NCBI GenBank assembly: GCA_019058245.1
Contig: JAHPZJ010000030.1
Location: 96,001-160,000 of the forward strand
Reading direction: 5' to 3'
DNA from: Promethearchaeota archaeon
Lineage (GTDB): Archaea; Asgardarchaeota; Lokiarchaeia; Sigyniarchaeales; SOKP01
DNA: 64,000 nucleotides
Shown here: one piece after another, positions 50,968 through 60,428 of the stretch
Numbering within the stretch: position 1 is the stretch's first letter
Layout: the number at the start of each line of letters is the position of its first letter
The notes under the pieces: model-generated
What the model was told of the DNA's origin: nothing
Database searches by the model: none
Seen by the model: only the letters and a program-made list of their open reading frames with translations
Translations under genes and position numbers: made by a program

Positions 50968-52731
50968 ATGAAATTTAAAAATCCAATATTATTAATTTTG
51001 ACCTTTTTTTTGGTGAGTTGCATTACCAAATTTGATTTAAATGATACTACCTACAATTTTACCTCTTCAAAAGAATTAAAGTTAGGAAATGTTAACACAA
51101 ATGGAGAGGTAGATTACTTAATCATTACTACCGAGATTTTTGAATCTATCCTTGAGCCTTTGGCGATTTGGAAAACACAAAAAGGTATAATTTCTAAAAT
51201 TGAACTTGTCAGCGATATTGACCAAACATACGAAGGGATGAACCTTCCTGAAAAAATAAAAAACTGTATTTCAGACTATCACAGCAATAACTGTACGCAA
51301 TGGGTTCTTTTAGCAGGTGATCATAATCACATTCCAACAAAATACATAACTTGCTATGATGGATATTCTAACGATGGTGATGTTGTTTGTTGTGATTCAT
51401 ATTATGGAGATATAAATAACGATTGGACTCAAACTAATTTCGATTATAAAATGGAGCTTTATGTAGGACGCTTAACAGCTAATAATAAAAATGAAATGCA
51501 ATCTTTGGTTCAAAGGATATTAAATTACGAGAAAAATCCACCTATCGGAGCATGGATGTCTCATGCTTTATTAGCTGGTGCTATTCTTCAATTTGATCAA
51601 GATTGGAATGATGATAATCTTTTAGATTATGCAGAATGTGATGCTAATCGATTTAATAATTATATTAATGATACTATATTACCTAATGGGTGGTCTAGTG
51701 TCCTTCTTGCCCAAAATCTAGGTATTAAAGGAAGTGATTATCAAAATGATTTTAATTTAGATTACGTTCATCTTAAAGATGCAATTAATCAAGGTTGTAG
51801 TATTGGTAATATTTATGTTCACGGTAGACCTCAAAGTATGAGTATTGGTAAATGGACTGAAGACTTAGACGGAGATATGTTAGTTGATTATACTGAAGAT
51901 CCTTATTTAGGTGGTGTAGCGATTGATAATATATCATGGGAAATCCTTTTCGATACAAGTTTTACAGATCTGCTGCAAGAAGATAAATTAGGTTTATATT
52001 TTTTAGGTAGTTGCTCTGTTGGAACTTTTGATGATGAGAACGATTGTATTGCGGAATACTTTCTAAAAAATTTAGCAATTGGCTGCGTTGCTGAAAGTTA
52101 TGTAGCCTGGGGGGAAGATCAATGGTATGAACGTGAACATGGGGGTTGGTTTATTGAAGGATTGGGATTTCGCTTTTTAGAACAAATTTTTAAATACAAT
52201 CAGCCTGGAAAAGCTTTAGCATTAGCTAAAGCAGATTATGTTGCAGATAGAATTGTCTCTCCTGAAAAGAATGAATATACTGAATGGGGAAATAAAACAC
52301 TCAAACAATATAATTTATTGGGTGATCCTGAATGCCCAATTTGGTTTTCAGTTCCTAAACAACTTAATGTAACTATTGACCAGCCATTTGATGATATTAG
52401 AAATACTATGATCCTTAAGGTGACCGCTGATGATGTTCCAGTTCAAAATGTTACTATTACCTATACTGAGAATAATATTCTCATTTGGAAAGGCAAAACT
52501 AATGAAAATGGAACGATCGAAATACCTTTCTCTCAAATAAAAATGAATAATTATGTTTTTACAGCAAGTAATAATGGATATCTCCCATTTCAAGATAATA
52601 TTCCACAAATTACAGATTCAAGAGCAATACCAGGATTTCATGCCATTATAATTTCATTTATTATACTATCCTTTATTGGTCTTATCTCTATTTATTATAC
52701 ATATCCTCAAATGAAGAGAGAGTATGATTAA
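50968..52731 (+). CDS. Peptidase C25 (gingipain family), secreted, C-terminally anchored
   Basis: DYLIIT, WVLLAGD, VGRL, YE, HG and SC catalytic motifs, YNLLGDP; signal peptide; IPGF plus TM tail. Confidence 0.9.
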   Translation: MKFKNPILLILTFFLVSCITKFDLNDTTYNFTSSKELKLGNVNTNGEVDYLIITTEIFESILEPLAIWKTQKGIISKIELVSDIDQTYEGMNLPEKIKNCISDYHSNNCTQWVLLAGDHNHIPTKYITCYDGYSNDGDVVCCDSYYGDINNDWTQTNFDYKMELYVGRLTANNKNEMQSLVQRILNYEKNPPIGAWMSHALLAGAILQFDQDWNDDNLLDYAECDANRFNNYINDTILPNGWSSVLLAQNLGIKGSDYQNDFNLDYVHLKDAINQGCSIGNIYVHGRPQSMSIGKWTEDLDGDMLVDYTEDPYLGGVAIDNISWEILFDTSFTDLLQEDKLGLYFLGSCSVGTFDDENDCIAEYFLKNLAIGCVAESYVAWGEDQWYEREHGGWFIEGLGFRFLEQIFKYNQPGKALALAKADYVADRIVSPEKNEYTEWGNKTLKQYNLLGDPECPIWFSVPKQLNVTIDQPFDDIRNTMILKVTADDVPVQNVTITYTENNILIWKGKTNENGTIEIPFSQIKMNNYVFTASNNGYLPFQDNIPQITDSRAIPGFHAIIISFIILSFIGLISIYYTYPQMKREYD

Positions 52732-52737
52732 TCTAAT

Positions 52738-53040
52738 TTATTTTAAATTTTTTTTTAATTCTTCAACCTTTCTTATAAATTCATCAAATTGAGTTTGTTT
52801 TATGGTTTGAGAGCTTATATTTAAAATTAGATCTAAAAAATCTTTGATAAGAGGATGTTGCAATATCACACATTTTTGATTTAGCGTATTTACTTCTAAA
52901 ATTAAAGCAGAATCTAATTTATCTCCCATACCTAATACATCTTTAAAAACTAATTCATGAGTGTCTGTATAAGATATAACCAAAATATCTTCTGCTATTT
53001 GAGAGTTATCACTTTTATTTATTATTTTAAATTCACACAT
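52738..53040 (-). CDS. cooT: CooT family nickel-binding protein
   Basis: MCE start, AED..., DVLG; divergent from cdhBC. Confidence 0.8.
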   Translation of the reverse strand: MCEFKIINKSDNSQIAEDILVISYTDTHELVFKDVLGMGDKLDSALILEVNTLNQKCVILQHPLIKDFLDLILNISSQTIKQTQFDEFIRKVEELKKNLK

Positions 53041-53184
53041 TAATCTATTTTCACATCTCTGAAATTCATAAAATGATTAATTTTAAGTTAAATTTAATAA
53101 AAACAATTTTTTTAAATTGTCCTTAATAATTCTAAGTATAACAACTATTTTAAAAGTTCTAGCTAAAAATAAAAACAGAGGAAA

Positions 53185-53724
53185 TTGAGTGAAATGGCAC
53201 GTCCATATCAAAAAGCTAACATCCCAGGCCCTGAAATGGGTACTTCTGTCTCAGATCCGATAGTAATGGCTAATTTACTTAAAACACCTAAGAAGGCTAT
53301 TTTCGTTATTGGTGCTGAATCATTAACTTGGGAACTTGATGGCAAAAAACTTGCAGATTATTTTATAGAAATTGCAAACAAAATTGACTGTCATGTAGTG
53401 TCTACAGGACATGCATATAGTTATCTAAAAGATAAAATCACTGATAATAAATTATATGATATGTCCTTGATAAATATTACAAACCGTTTATCCGATAAAG
53501 ATTGGGCAGGATTAGATGGAGAAGGACAATATTCAATGGCCATATTTGGGGGACATATAGTATTTTATGTATCTCAAACATTGTCAAGGCTTAAAAATTT
53601 TACAAATTGGTTAAGAACAATTGATTTAGATAAATATTCTCATCCAAATGCTAGATTTAGTTTACCAAATCTAAGCGAAGAAGATTGGAAAAGATTTCTA
53701 GAAAATTTGATTAAAAATTTATAA
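53185..53724 (+). CDS. cdhB: CO dehydrogenase/acetyl-CoA synthase epsilon subunit
   Basis: PYQKANIPGP, DWAGLDGEGQY, SQTLS.LKNF, HPNARFS.PNL. Confidence 0.92.
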   Translation: MSEMARPYQKANIPGPEMGTSVSDPIVMANLLKTPKKAIFVIGAESLTWELDGKKLADYFIEIANKIDCHVVSTGHAYSYLKDKITDNKLYDMSLINITNRLSDKDWAGLDGEGQYSMAIFGGHIVFYVSQTLSRLKNFTNWLRTIDLDKYSHPNARFSLPNLSEEDWKRFLENLIKNL

Positions 53725-53759
53725 ATATAATAAAGAAAAAATGTGAGGAGATTTAATAT

Positions 53760-55199
53760 ATGAGTTTTAGTGACATTCCTGTAGATGTTGGACCTGTATA
53801 CGAAGGTGAACGTATTAGAGGTAATCAGATGTACGTCGAACTTGGGGGTCCAAAAATAGAAAAACATTTTGAGCTTGTAAGAGTGAAAGCAGAAAAAGAA
53901 ATTGAGGATGGAAAAGTTACTCTTATCGGTCCAGATATAAAAGATATGGAATTAGGTTCTAGACATCCAATCGGTATTTTAGTTGAAGTAGCTGGCCCTG
54001 AGCTTGAGGAGGACCTAGAAGCCGTATTTGAGCGAAGGGTTCATGAGTTCTGCAATTTCGTGAATGGAATTATGCATTTGAACCAAAGGTATACGAACTG
54101 GATGAGGCTTTCTAAAACAGCTGTTGAAAAAGGATTTAATTCTTTTCAACTGCTTGGAACTGTCTTAATTAGATTGTATAAAGCTGAACTACCAATTATA
54201 AAAAAAGCTCAAGTCACCATCTATACTGATCCGAAAAAAATAGAAGAGCCTTATGAAATGGCAATGAAGATTTACGAGAAACGGGATGAAAGAGCTCGTA
54301 GTATAAATGATGAAGATGTAGATATGTTCTATGGCTGTGTTTTGTGTCAGAGTTTTGCTCCAACTCATGCTTGTTGTATTACACCAAATCGAATGAGTTT
54401 ATGTGGCTCCATTTCATGGTTTGATGCCAGAGCTGCAGCACGTGTAGACCCAAAGGGGCCTCTTTATGAAGTACCTCCTGGTGAAACAATAAATGAATTA
54501 GCAGGTGAATTTTCTGGAGTTAATGAAATGATTAAAAAACGTTCACTAGGAGAGATCGATAGAATTTATCTTTATTCTGGAATGGAGTTCCCTCATACTA
54601 GTTGTGGTTGTTTTGAAGCAATTGACTTCTTTCTTCCTGAAACTGGTGCGGGTCACGGAATTATTGATCGAAATTTTGATGGGGTCGCTATTAATGGTCT
54701 TCCTTTTAGTGCAATGGCTAATCAGACTGGTGGAGGAAAACAAATGCCAGGGTTTAATGGTATAAGTATACAATACATTACATCACCCAAATATCAAAAG
54801 TATGATGGAATTAAAGCAGGACTTAAGTCAGGAATTTACACCATAGTATGGATGGGTAAAGGTGTTAAAGAACGAGTTTATGAATACCTTCCAGAAGACT
54901 TACGAGATAAAATTGCAACTGAAGAAGAAGTTTCTGATTTAAGTGAATTACCGGCATGGTTAGAAAATGTTGGGCATCCAATTGTAGAAACTGAGGAATA
55001 TAAAGTTGCAGTAGGTGGAATAGAGGAAGAAGAGGAGGAATGGGAAGAAGAAGGCGCTATGGTTCCTATGGGAACTGTTGGAATGACTATTCCTGGAGTT
55101 GGTGGAGCGGGTGGATTTAAAGTAATCTTAAAGAATTGCAAAATTCATGCTGAATCAATAACAATTAAAAAAATTGAACCTAAACGAAAGAAAAAATAA
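53760..55199 (+). CDS. cdhC: CO dehydrogenase/acetyl-CoA synthase beta subunit
   Basis: YEGERIR, ERRVH, FYGCVLCQSFAP.H, CG, PHTSCGCFE, GGG.Q.PGF.G. Confidence 0.96.
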   Translation: MSFSDIPVDVGPVYEGERIRGNQMYVELGGPKIEKHFELVRVKAEKEIEDGKVTLIGPDIKDMELGSRHPIGILVEVAGPELEEDLEAVFERRVHEFCNFVNGIMHLNQRYTNWMRLSKTAVEKGFNSFQLLGTVLIRLYKAELPIIKKAQVTIYTDPKKIEEPYEMAMKIYEKRDERARSINDEDVDMFYGCVLCQSFAPTHACCITPNRMSLCGSISWFDARAAARVDPKGPLYEVPPGETINELAGEFSGVNEMIKKRSLGEIDRIYLYSGMEFPHTSCGCFEAIDFFLPETGAGHGIIDRNFDGVAINGLPFSAMANQTGGGKQMPGFNGISIQYITSPKYQKYDGIKAGLKSGIYTIVWMGKGVKERVYEYLPEDLRDKIATEEEVSDLSELPAWLENVGHPIVETEEYKVAVGGIEEEEEEWEEEGAMVPMGTVGMTIPGVGGAGGFKVILKNCKIHAESITIKKIEPKRKKK

Positions 55200-55460
55200 A
55201 TTACTTACTTATTTTTATTCTTTTTTTTTGAGATTCTTAATTTAACTACAAAATTGGTTTTAAGTTAATTTAATTAATTAATAATCAATTTGTAGAAATA
55301 TTTAAAGAGAAATAAATATTGTTTATAATATTCAATTATTGCATTAGTTAAAGTTTTCATATTTAATTATAGGTTGAGGATATTATAGATCTATAAGGTC
55401 TAAGATTATTTTATATTAATTTCTTCTTAATTATAAGAATTAGAAATGAAAGTGTAGGTT

Positions 55461-55994
55461 ATGGGAGAGTTAGCTTATAAGATTTGCATTTTTGGAGAAA
55501 CTTGTGTAGGTAAAACTACATTAGCTCGAAGGTATCTAAAGGGATATTTTGAGGAAAATATTCTAATTACTATGGGAGCAGAGATTTTTGTTAAATTTAT
55601 AGAAATAGAAGATACTAAAATTGTATTACAAATATGGGATTTTGGAGGGGAAACTATATTTAATTTTTTATTGCCTTTATATTCAAGAGGTGCTTCTGGA
55701 GGAATCTTTATGTTTGATCTTTCCAGATCTGAGACCTTAGAGAGAATTGGAGAATGGATAGAGTGTTTTAAGCGGGACTTACCTACTGAAAAACAAGAAG
55801 TTCCAATTTTATTGGTTGGAGGTAAATCTGATCTTAAAGATCAAACAAGTATTTCCCAGGAAGAGGCAAATAGAACAGCTCAACGATATAATCTATTAGA
55901 ATATATTGAATGTTCATCCAAAACAGGAGAAAATGTTGAAAAAATATTTGATACTTTAGTAAGAAGGATATTAGGAAATATTTATTTAACATAA
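55461..55994 (+). CDS. Rab/Ras-like small GTPase
   Basis: G1 GETCVGKT, G2 TMG, G3 WDFGGE, G4 GKSD, G5 SSK..ENV. Confidence 0.93.
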   Translation: MGELAYKICIFGETCVGKTTLARRYLKGYFEENILITMGAEIFVKFIEIEDTKIVLQIWDFGGETIFNFLLPLYSRGASGGIFMFDLSRSETLERIGEWIECFKRDLPTEKQEVPILLVGGKSDLKDQTSISQEEANRTAQRYNLLEYIECSSKTGENVEKIFDTLVRRILGNIYLT

Positions 55995-56108
55995 ATGGTT
56001 AAATACTCTGTTTAAATATTTATTATTAAATTCATTTTTCTCCAAGGAGAATAATATTAGAAAATTTAAATTCAGTTAATAAAAATCTTTTTTATCTGTT
56101 ATATAAAT

Positions 56109-57254
56109 ATGTTTTCTCAAATTCAAATTGATAAAGAAATTCAATTTATAGCTTATTTATTACCTGTGATGATAGGGGTTCAATTAGCAATTTACTTTTT
56201 TTTCCAATATCAAAAAACGCGAGATAAAAACCTTCCATTAAATAGAATTTTATTAGCATTTGGTTCATTTATATTATTTATAATATTAGGTCCATTGTTG
56301 ATACAAATATCAAGAAATTTTATTGAAAATCATATATTACATGAAATAGTTACCAGAATAGGTTGGTTTTTTAGTTTTTTTTCAACCATAAGTGTTTCTT
56401 TTTTTATAATTACCAAAGAATTTTCAACAATAATCAATATAAAAATCGCTAGAGCGTTAATGATTTTAAATTTTGTACCGATTGTAATTCTTTTTTTAGT
56501 ACCATCTCTGCTTTCACCCTTTTTTATCAGCAGTATTTTTTTTGCTATATTAAATGGTTTTTATATAATACGATTTCAAATAATTATGATTAGTAAGTCA
56601 GTGGGAAGTATAAAGAAAAAATTTAAACTGTTTCTATTCGGTACACTAATAAGTTTTTTTGCTTTAATCTTTGCCGTTTTTGTAGGATTAGGTGTTTTAC
56701 CATCAGTTATTAATGAAATATTCTATTTCACTGGAATTTGTGAATTAGGTATTGGATTTATTATTATATCATTTTCTGTATATAATTTTCCTCCTTTTTA
56801 TGAATTTGAATGGAGGAATAATCTCCTTAAATTATTTATTATTGATCAAAAAAATAAGAATTGCCTTTATAGTTATGATTTCATTGAAAAATTAAAGGAA
56901 AGAAATGATCAGAATCAAGACCTTCTCTATGAATTTAATAAACTATTTTCTAAAGGTATTCTTGGAATCGACACAATTATTAAAACAATAACAGACACTA
57001 AAGATAAGAGTATAAATAAAATTGAAAAAGGCGAGTCTCATATTTTTTTGGAGTATGGGCAACCACCATTCTCTTTAACTTTTGTTTTAATTGTTAAAGT
57101 TGATTTGATTAGCACTCACCACCTTCTTAAATCAATAAAAAGTAGGTTTGAATCATTTTTTAAAGAAATTTTATTAAATTTAAATATCTTGAATGAAGAA
57201 TCTTCACAATTATTTAGAAGTTTTGACAATATTATGAATCAAATCTTACAATAG
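56109..57254 (+). CDS. About 7-TM membrane protein with C-terminal longin-like domain
   Basis: Hydrophobic N-terminal 230 aa, then EFEW..LFIID...CLYSYDF..LFSKGILGI..I. Confidence 0.75.
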   Translation: MFSQIQIDKEIQFIAYLLPVMIGVQLAIYFFFQYQKTRDKNLPLNRILLAFGSFILFIILGPLLIQISRNFIENHILHEIVTRIGWFFSFFSTISVSFFIITKEFSTIINIKIARALMILNFVPIVILFLVPSLLSPFFISSIFFAILNGFYIIRFQIIMISKSVGSIKKKFKLFLFGTLISFFALIFAVFVGLGVLPSVINEIFYFTGICELGIGFIIISFSVYNFPPFYEFEWRNNLLKLFIIDQKNKNCLYSYDFIEKLKERNDQNQDLLYEFNKLFSKGILGIDTIIKTITDTKDKSINKIEKGESHIFLEYGQPPFSLTFVLIVKVDLISTHHLLKSIKSRFESFFKEILLNLNILNEESSQLFRSFDNIMNQILQ

Positions 57255-57263
57255 TAAAGAAAA

Positions 57264-58382
57264 ATGATGTATATCGAATTTCCAATAACAGGTCCATTTA
57301 GATTTATATTATTAATAATGGAATCGATTTTTGCTTTTTTTTCTCTTGAAATTGGGATAATTTTTTTAATTAAATATAAAAAGCAACCCAAAAATCTTAA
57401 AAACTCACAAGATTTAGCATTTGCTTCTTTATTTTTTGGATTTTCAGTATCAAAAATTTTATTTATAATTGCTAGCTACTATTTATCCGAGAATAGAATT
57501 TCTCCTTTTTTGATTTGGGCAGAGGGGAGTTATCGACAACTTTTATTTAATTTTGGGTTTTTTTCAATACTTATAAGTAATTTAATGTTTTCATTTTTTA
57601 TAGAAAAAAATAAAAAATTCTTTTTTAAGAAGTATTTTTTTACAATAAGTTTTATTATCCTGTTATTTTTGTTTTCTGTTTTATTTTTCAATAATTTATT
57701 ATTTATTCATTCACTTTCAGCTGTTTCATGGCCTTTATTTACTATTTTATTTATGCTATATGTAAGAGATCTTGGTAGAAAATCAAGAAAACAAGAAATT
57801 CTTTCAAAGAGTTTCTTAAAAGGCACAATAATTATACTGCTTATTTTGATAGGATACGTTTTTTCGATGGATTTAATTCTTCAAGTTTTTGGTCTTATAA
57901 TAAGATTTATTGGAATTACCTTCCAACTAATAGCGATTGCTCTAATATTCATTTTTTTTAGAAAAATCCCCCCTTTCTTTGAATTTGACTGGGAAGATAA
58001 AATTGAAGACATTTATATATTAAATAATACAGGGATATGTTTATTTGCTTATTCCTTTTCAAGTAAGACTAAGATCTTAGAAAATCAAATCGTCACAGGA
58101 ACGTTAGCTTCAATGAATATAATGCTTAATGAACTAATTAAAAGCAAATCTAATGAAATTTCTATTATAAAGAAATATGAGAAAATTGTAATTCTTTTTT
58201 CGGGCAATTTTACAACTGGAGTATTAATTTGTAAAGAAGATTTGAAATTTTTTATTCATAATCTTAGGAAATTAATTTTAAAGATTGAAGAAATTTATGG
58301 TAGTATCTTTACTAAATGGAAAGGAGATCTAACTATATTTTATCCAGTAAAAAATATTATAGAAGAGATTTTTTCGACATAA
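57264..58382 (+). CDS. About 7-TM membrane protein with C-terminal longin-like domain
   Basis: Same layout: EFDW..IYILN.TGICLFAYSF..IVTG.L..M..ML..L. Confidence 0.75.
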   Translation: MMYIEFPITGPFRFILLIMESIFAFFSLEIGIIFLIKYKKQPKNLKNSQDLAFASLFFGFSVSKILFIIASYYLSENRISPFLIWAEGSYRQLLFNFGFFSILISNLMFSFFIEKNKKFFFKKYFFTISFIILLFLFSVLFFNNLLFIHSLSAVSWPLFTILFMLYVRDLGRKSRKQEILSKSFLKGTIIILLILIGYVFSMDLILQVFGLIIRFIGITFQLIAIALIFIFFRKIPPFFEFDWEDKIEDIYILNNTGICLFAYSFSSKTKILENQIVTGTLASMNIMLNELIKSKSNEISIIKKYEKIVILFSGNFTTGVLICKEDLKFFIHNLRKLILKIEEIYGSIFTKWKGDLTIFYPVKNIIEEIFST

Positions 58383-58687
58383 ACATTGATGTGAAGGAAT
58401 AACTCTCATATAACATATTTCTAATTGTATATTGTATTCTTTAATATGAAAATGAAAAAAAATTCAATAATTTATATGAAAGCATGAATTAGATTATTTA
58501 TTAGCGATGAAATCTGAACTTAAGATTAATTTTTCAAAAGTCAAAATCGTATAAATTCATTTTCAAATTATATATTCATTTCGAGATCATAATTAAAAAC
58601 GACAATAATAAATAGAAAATCAAAGACAATTGTATTATCTAATTTAATTTTTTTTCAAAATTGATAATATGATGTTGGGATATTAAA

Positions 58688-59407
58688 ATGTCGTTTTATC
58701 AACTGAGTATTCCAAGATTTTTTACAGTATATATTGCTCAAGGAGCAATGTTTTTTTATTTTATTTTTTTAATCTATAAAATTCTTAAGCGCGATACAAA
58801 ACGATTGAACGTAATATTTACTGGATTTTATCTTGGTAACGTTATCGGATTTTTTGTAAATTTTATCTATGCTCCTATGACAGATGCAGATCTTGTCCTT
58901 ATAATGCATGGTATAACGACATTTTTTGCTTTTTATTCACCAATTTTTATTTTAGTATTTGAATTAATGTTGCTGAAACCAGAAAAAGTTATTAATACTA
59001 AAAAGCAACTTGCAATATTAGGTGCCTACGCGATTGTTCTTTCTTTTATGTGGATTTTCCTCTTCACAGAAGGATGGGGTGTAGAAATTGGACCTCCAAA
59101 TTGGACACCTCATTGGATGTTTCCTTTTTTTCTTTTTTTTGTGTCTATTGTAACTATATGTGTAGTGGTACCATCTTTTTATATTTCATATAAAATATTT
59201 AAGAAATTTGAAGATGTCCAATTGAAAAGAAAATGGAAATCTTTTATAATCGGATTAGGGGCTTTTTATATTTGTGGATATAGTGTTTTTATTTCTAATT
59301 TTTTAGATGAACCAATTTTTAGAGCTGTAATAGGAATAACAGATTTGATTCTGATTATTTCTGGGGCTTATTTAATGTATATCGGTGTAGGACGTCAATT
59401 AGAGTGA
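58688..59407 (+). CDS. About 7-TM membrane protein without soluble domain
   Basis: Seven hydrophobic segments; YKILKR..RLN, P.W, LKRKW; paralog of 61697..62449. Confidence 0.8.
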   Translation: MSFYQLSIPRFFTVYIAQGAMFFYFIFLIYKILKRDTKRLNVIFTGFYLGNVIGFFVNFIYAPMTDADLVLIMHGITTFFAFYSPIFILVFELMLLKPEKVINTKKQLAILGAYAIVLSFMWIFLFTEGWGVEIGPPNWTPHWMFPFFLFFVSIVTICVVVPSFYISYKIFKKFEDVQLKRKWKSFIIGLGAFYICGYSVFISNFLDEPIFRAVIGITDLILIISGAYLMYIGVGRQLE

Positions 59408-59608
59408 ATAAATTTAGAGCATATTATAGCGCCATTATCTGCGGGAACACATCATATAAAATTTTTATTGTGGTCAGAGGGAAAAGTAGCCCAAGACCTT
59501 AAGTTTATAGCTTCATCTCCCACAACAAGTCGCACTTATAATATAAATCGTATGTTAATTGTACAAGAAAATGTTCACTGTCAATTATTCGCTCCAATAG
59601 GTTCTTAA
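59408..59608 (+). pseudogene. Start-less 66-codon frame, probable gene remnant
   Basis: Open in frame after the TGA of the preceding gene: INLEHIIAPLSAGTHHIKFLLWSEG...RMLIVQENV...; GC higher than flanking intergenic DNA. Confidence 0.35.
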
Positions 59609-59920
59609 AGAATCCAGCTTAATAATCAATAATATAAATTTTTTATTTATTTAGCCTTCTCTAACCTAAATTATTGTCGTTATCTTTGAATAGAAAATTC
59701 TATTATTTTTAATTTTTATTTCTTTTTTATTTAAATAATAATTTATAGAAACACTTTAAGTGTTTGACTAATTCATTTTTAAGGTCTTTGTTGTACTATT
59801 AAAACGAATTATCTCCAGAAATGAATAAATTTAAATACTAAGATTTTGTCGTTTGTTACTGTCATTCTACTAAGGATATACATTCATTATATTATAAGCT
59901 ATTTAACTCCATAGTTTAAA

Positions 59921-60376
59921 ATGCTAATTAGAGAAGCTGGTATAATCTTTCAAGGAATTCCAATTATTTTTACTAGTTATCATAGGGCTAGTAAGGAAAA
60001 AACAAATTTAACTTGTTCAAGTGGATTATTAGGTGGACTTCTTAATTTTGCTGAATGCCTAATGGAACCGATAGAATATTTTGAAAGTGATAAATATTCC
60101 ATAATTTTTAAAAAAGGAACGATAAGGGATTTCTTTGGGGATCTCCAGGAAATTATTGCTTATATTGTTATAGATAAGGACGAAAGACTTGAAAAATATT
60201 TAAATAAAACAATTTTTCCTTTGTTAAAGAAAATATTAAAAAAATTCATTTCTCATTTTAATGGGTGCAATTTGACTAAATCAAACCAATTTGAAAGTTT
60301 TAAAAATATCCTTGACAAGTTGTTTAATGTTAGTACGTTGACTTTTGAAGAAAGGGTTGTGTCTTTACTAACTTGA
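59921..60376 (+). CDS. Stand-alone longin-like domain protein
   Basis: IREAGII..GIPI, SGLL..LLNFAE, IEYFE, L..F...F.G pattern. Confidence 0.65.
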   Translation: MLIREAGIIFQGIPIIFTSYHRASKEKTNLTCSSGLLGGLLNFAECLMEPIEYFESDKYSIIFKKGTIRDFFGDLQEIIAYIVIDKDERLEKYLNKTIFPLLKKILKKFISHFNGCNLTKSNQFESFKNILDKLFNVSTLTFEERVVSLLT

Positions 60377-60428
60377 ATATTACTCTAACTTAAGTAATAA
60401 TATACAATAAGACGAAGTATCTAAAATT

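Noticed and set aside
1120-55141. Short track ORFs nested in or antisense to long genes (e.g. 1120..1305, 20695..21072, 29429..29722, 37121..37471, 46363..46632, 54878..55141)
   Set aside because: They overlap well-supported genes, lack motifs and have the composition of shadow frames.
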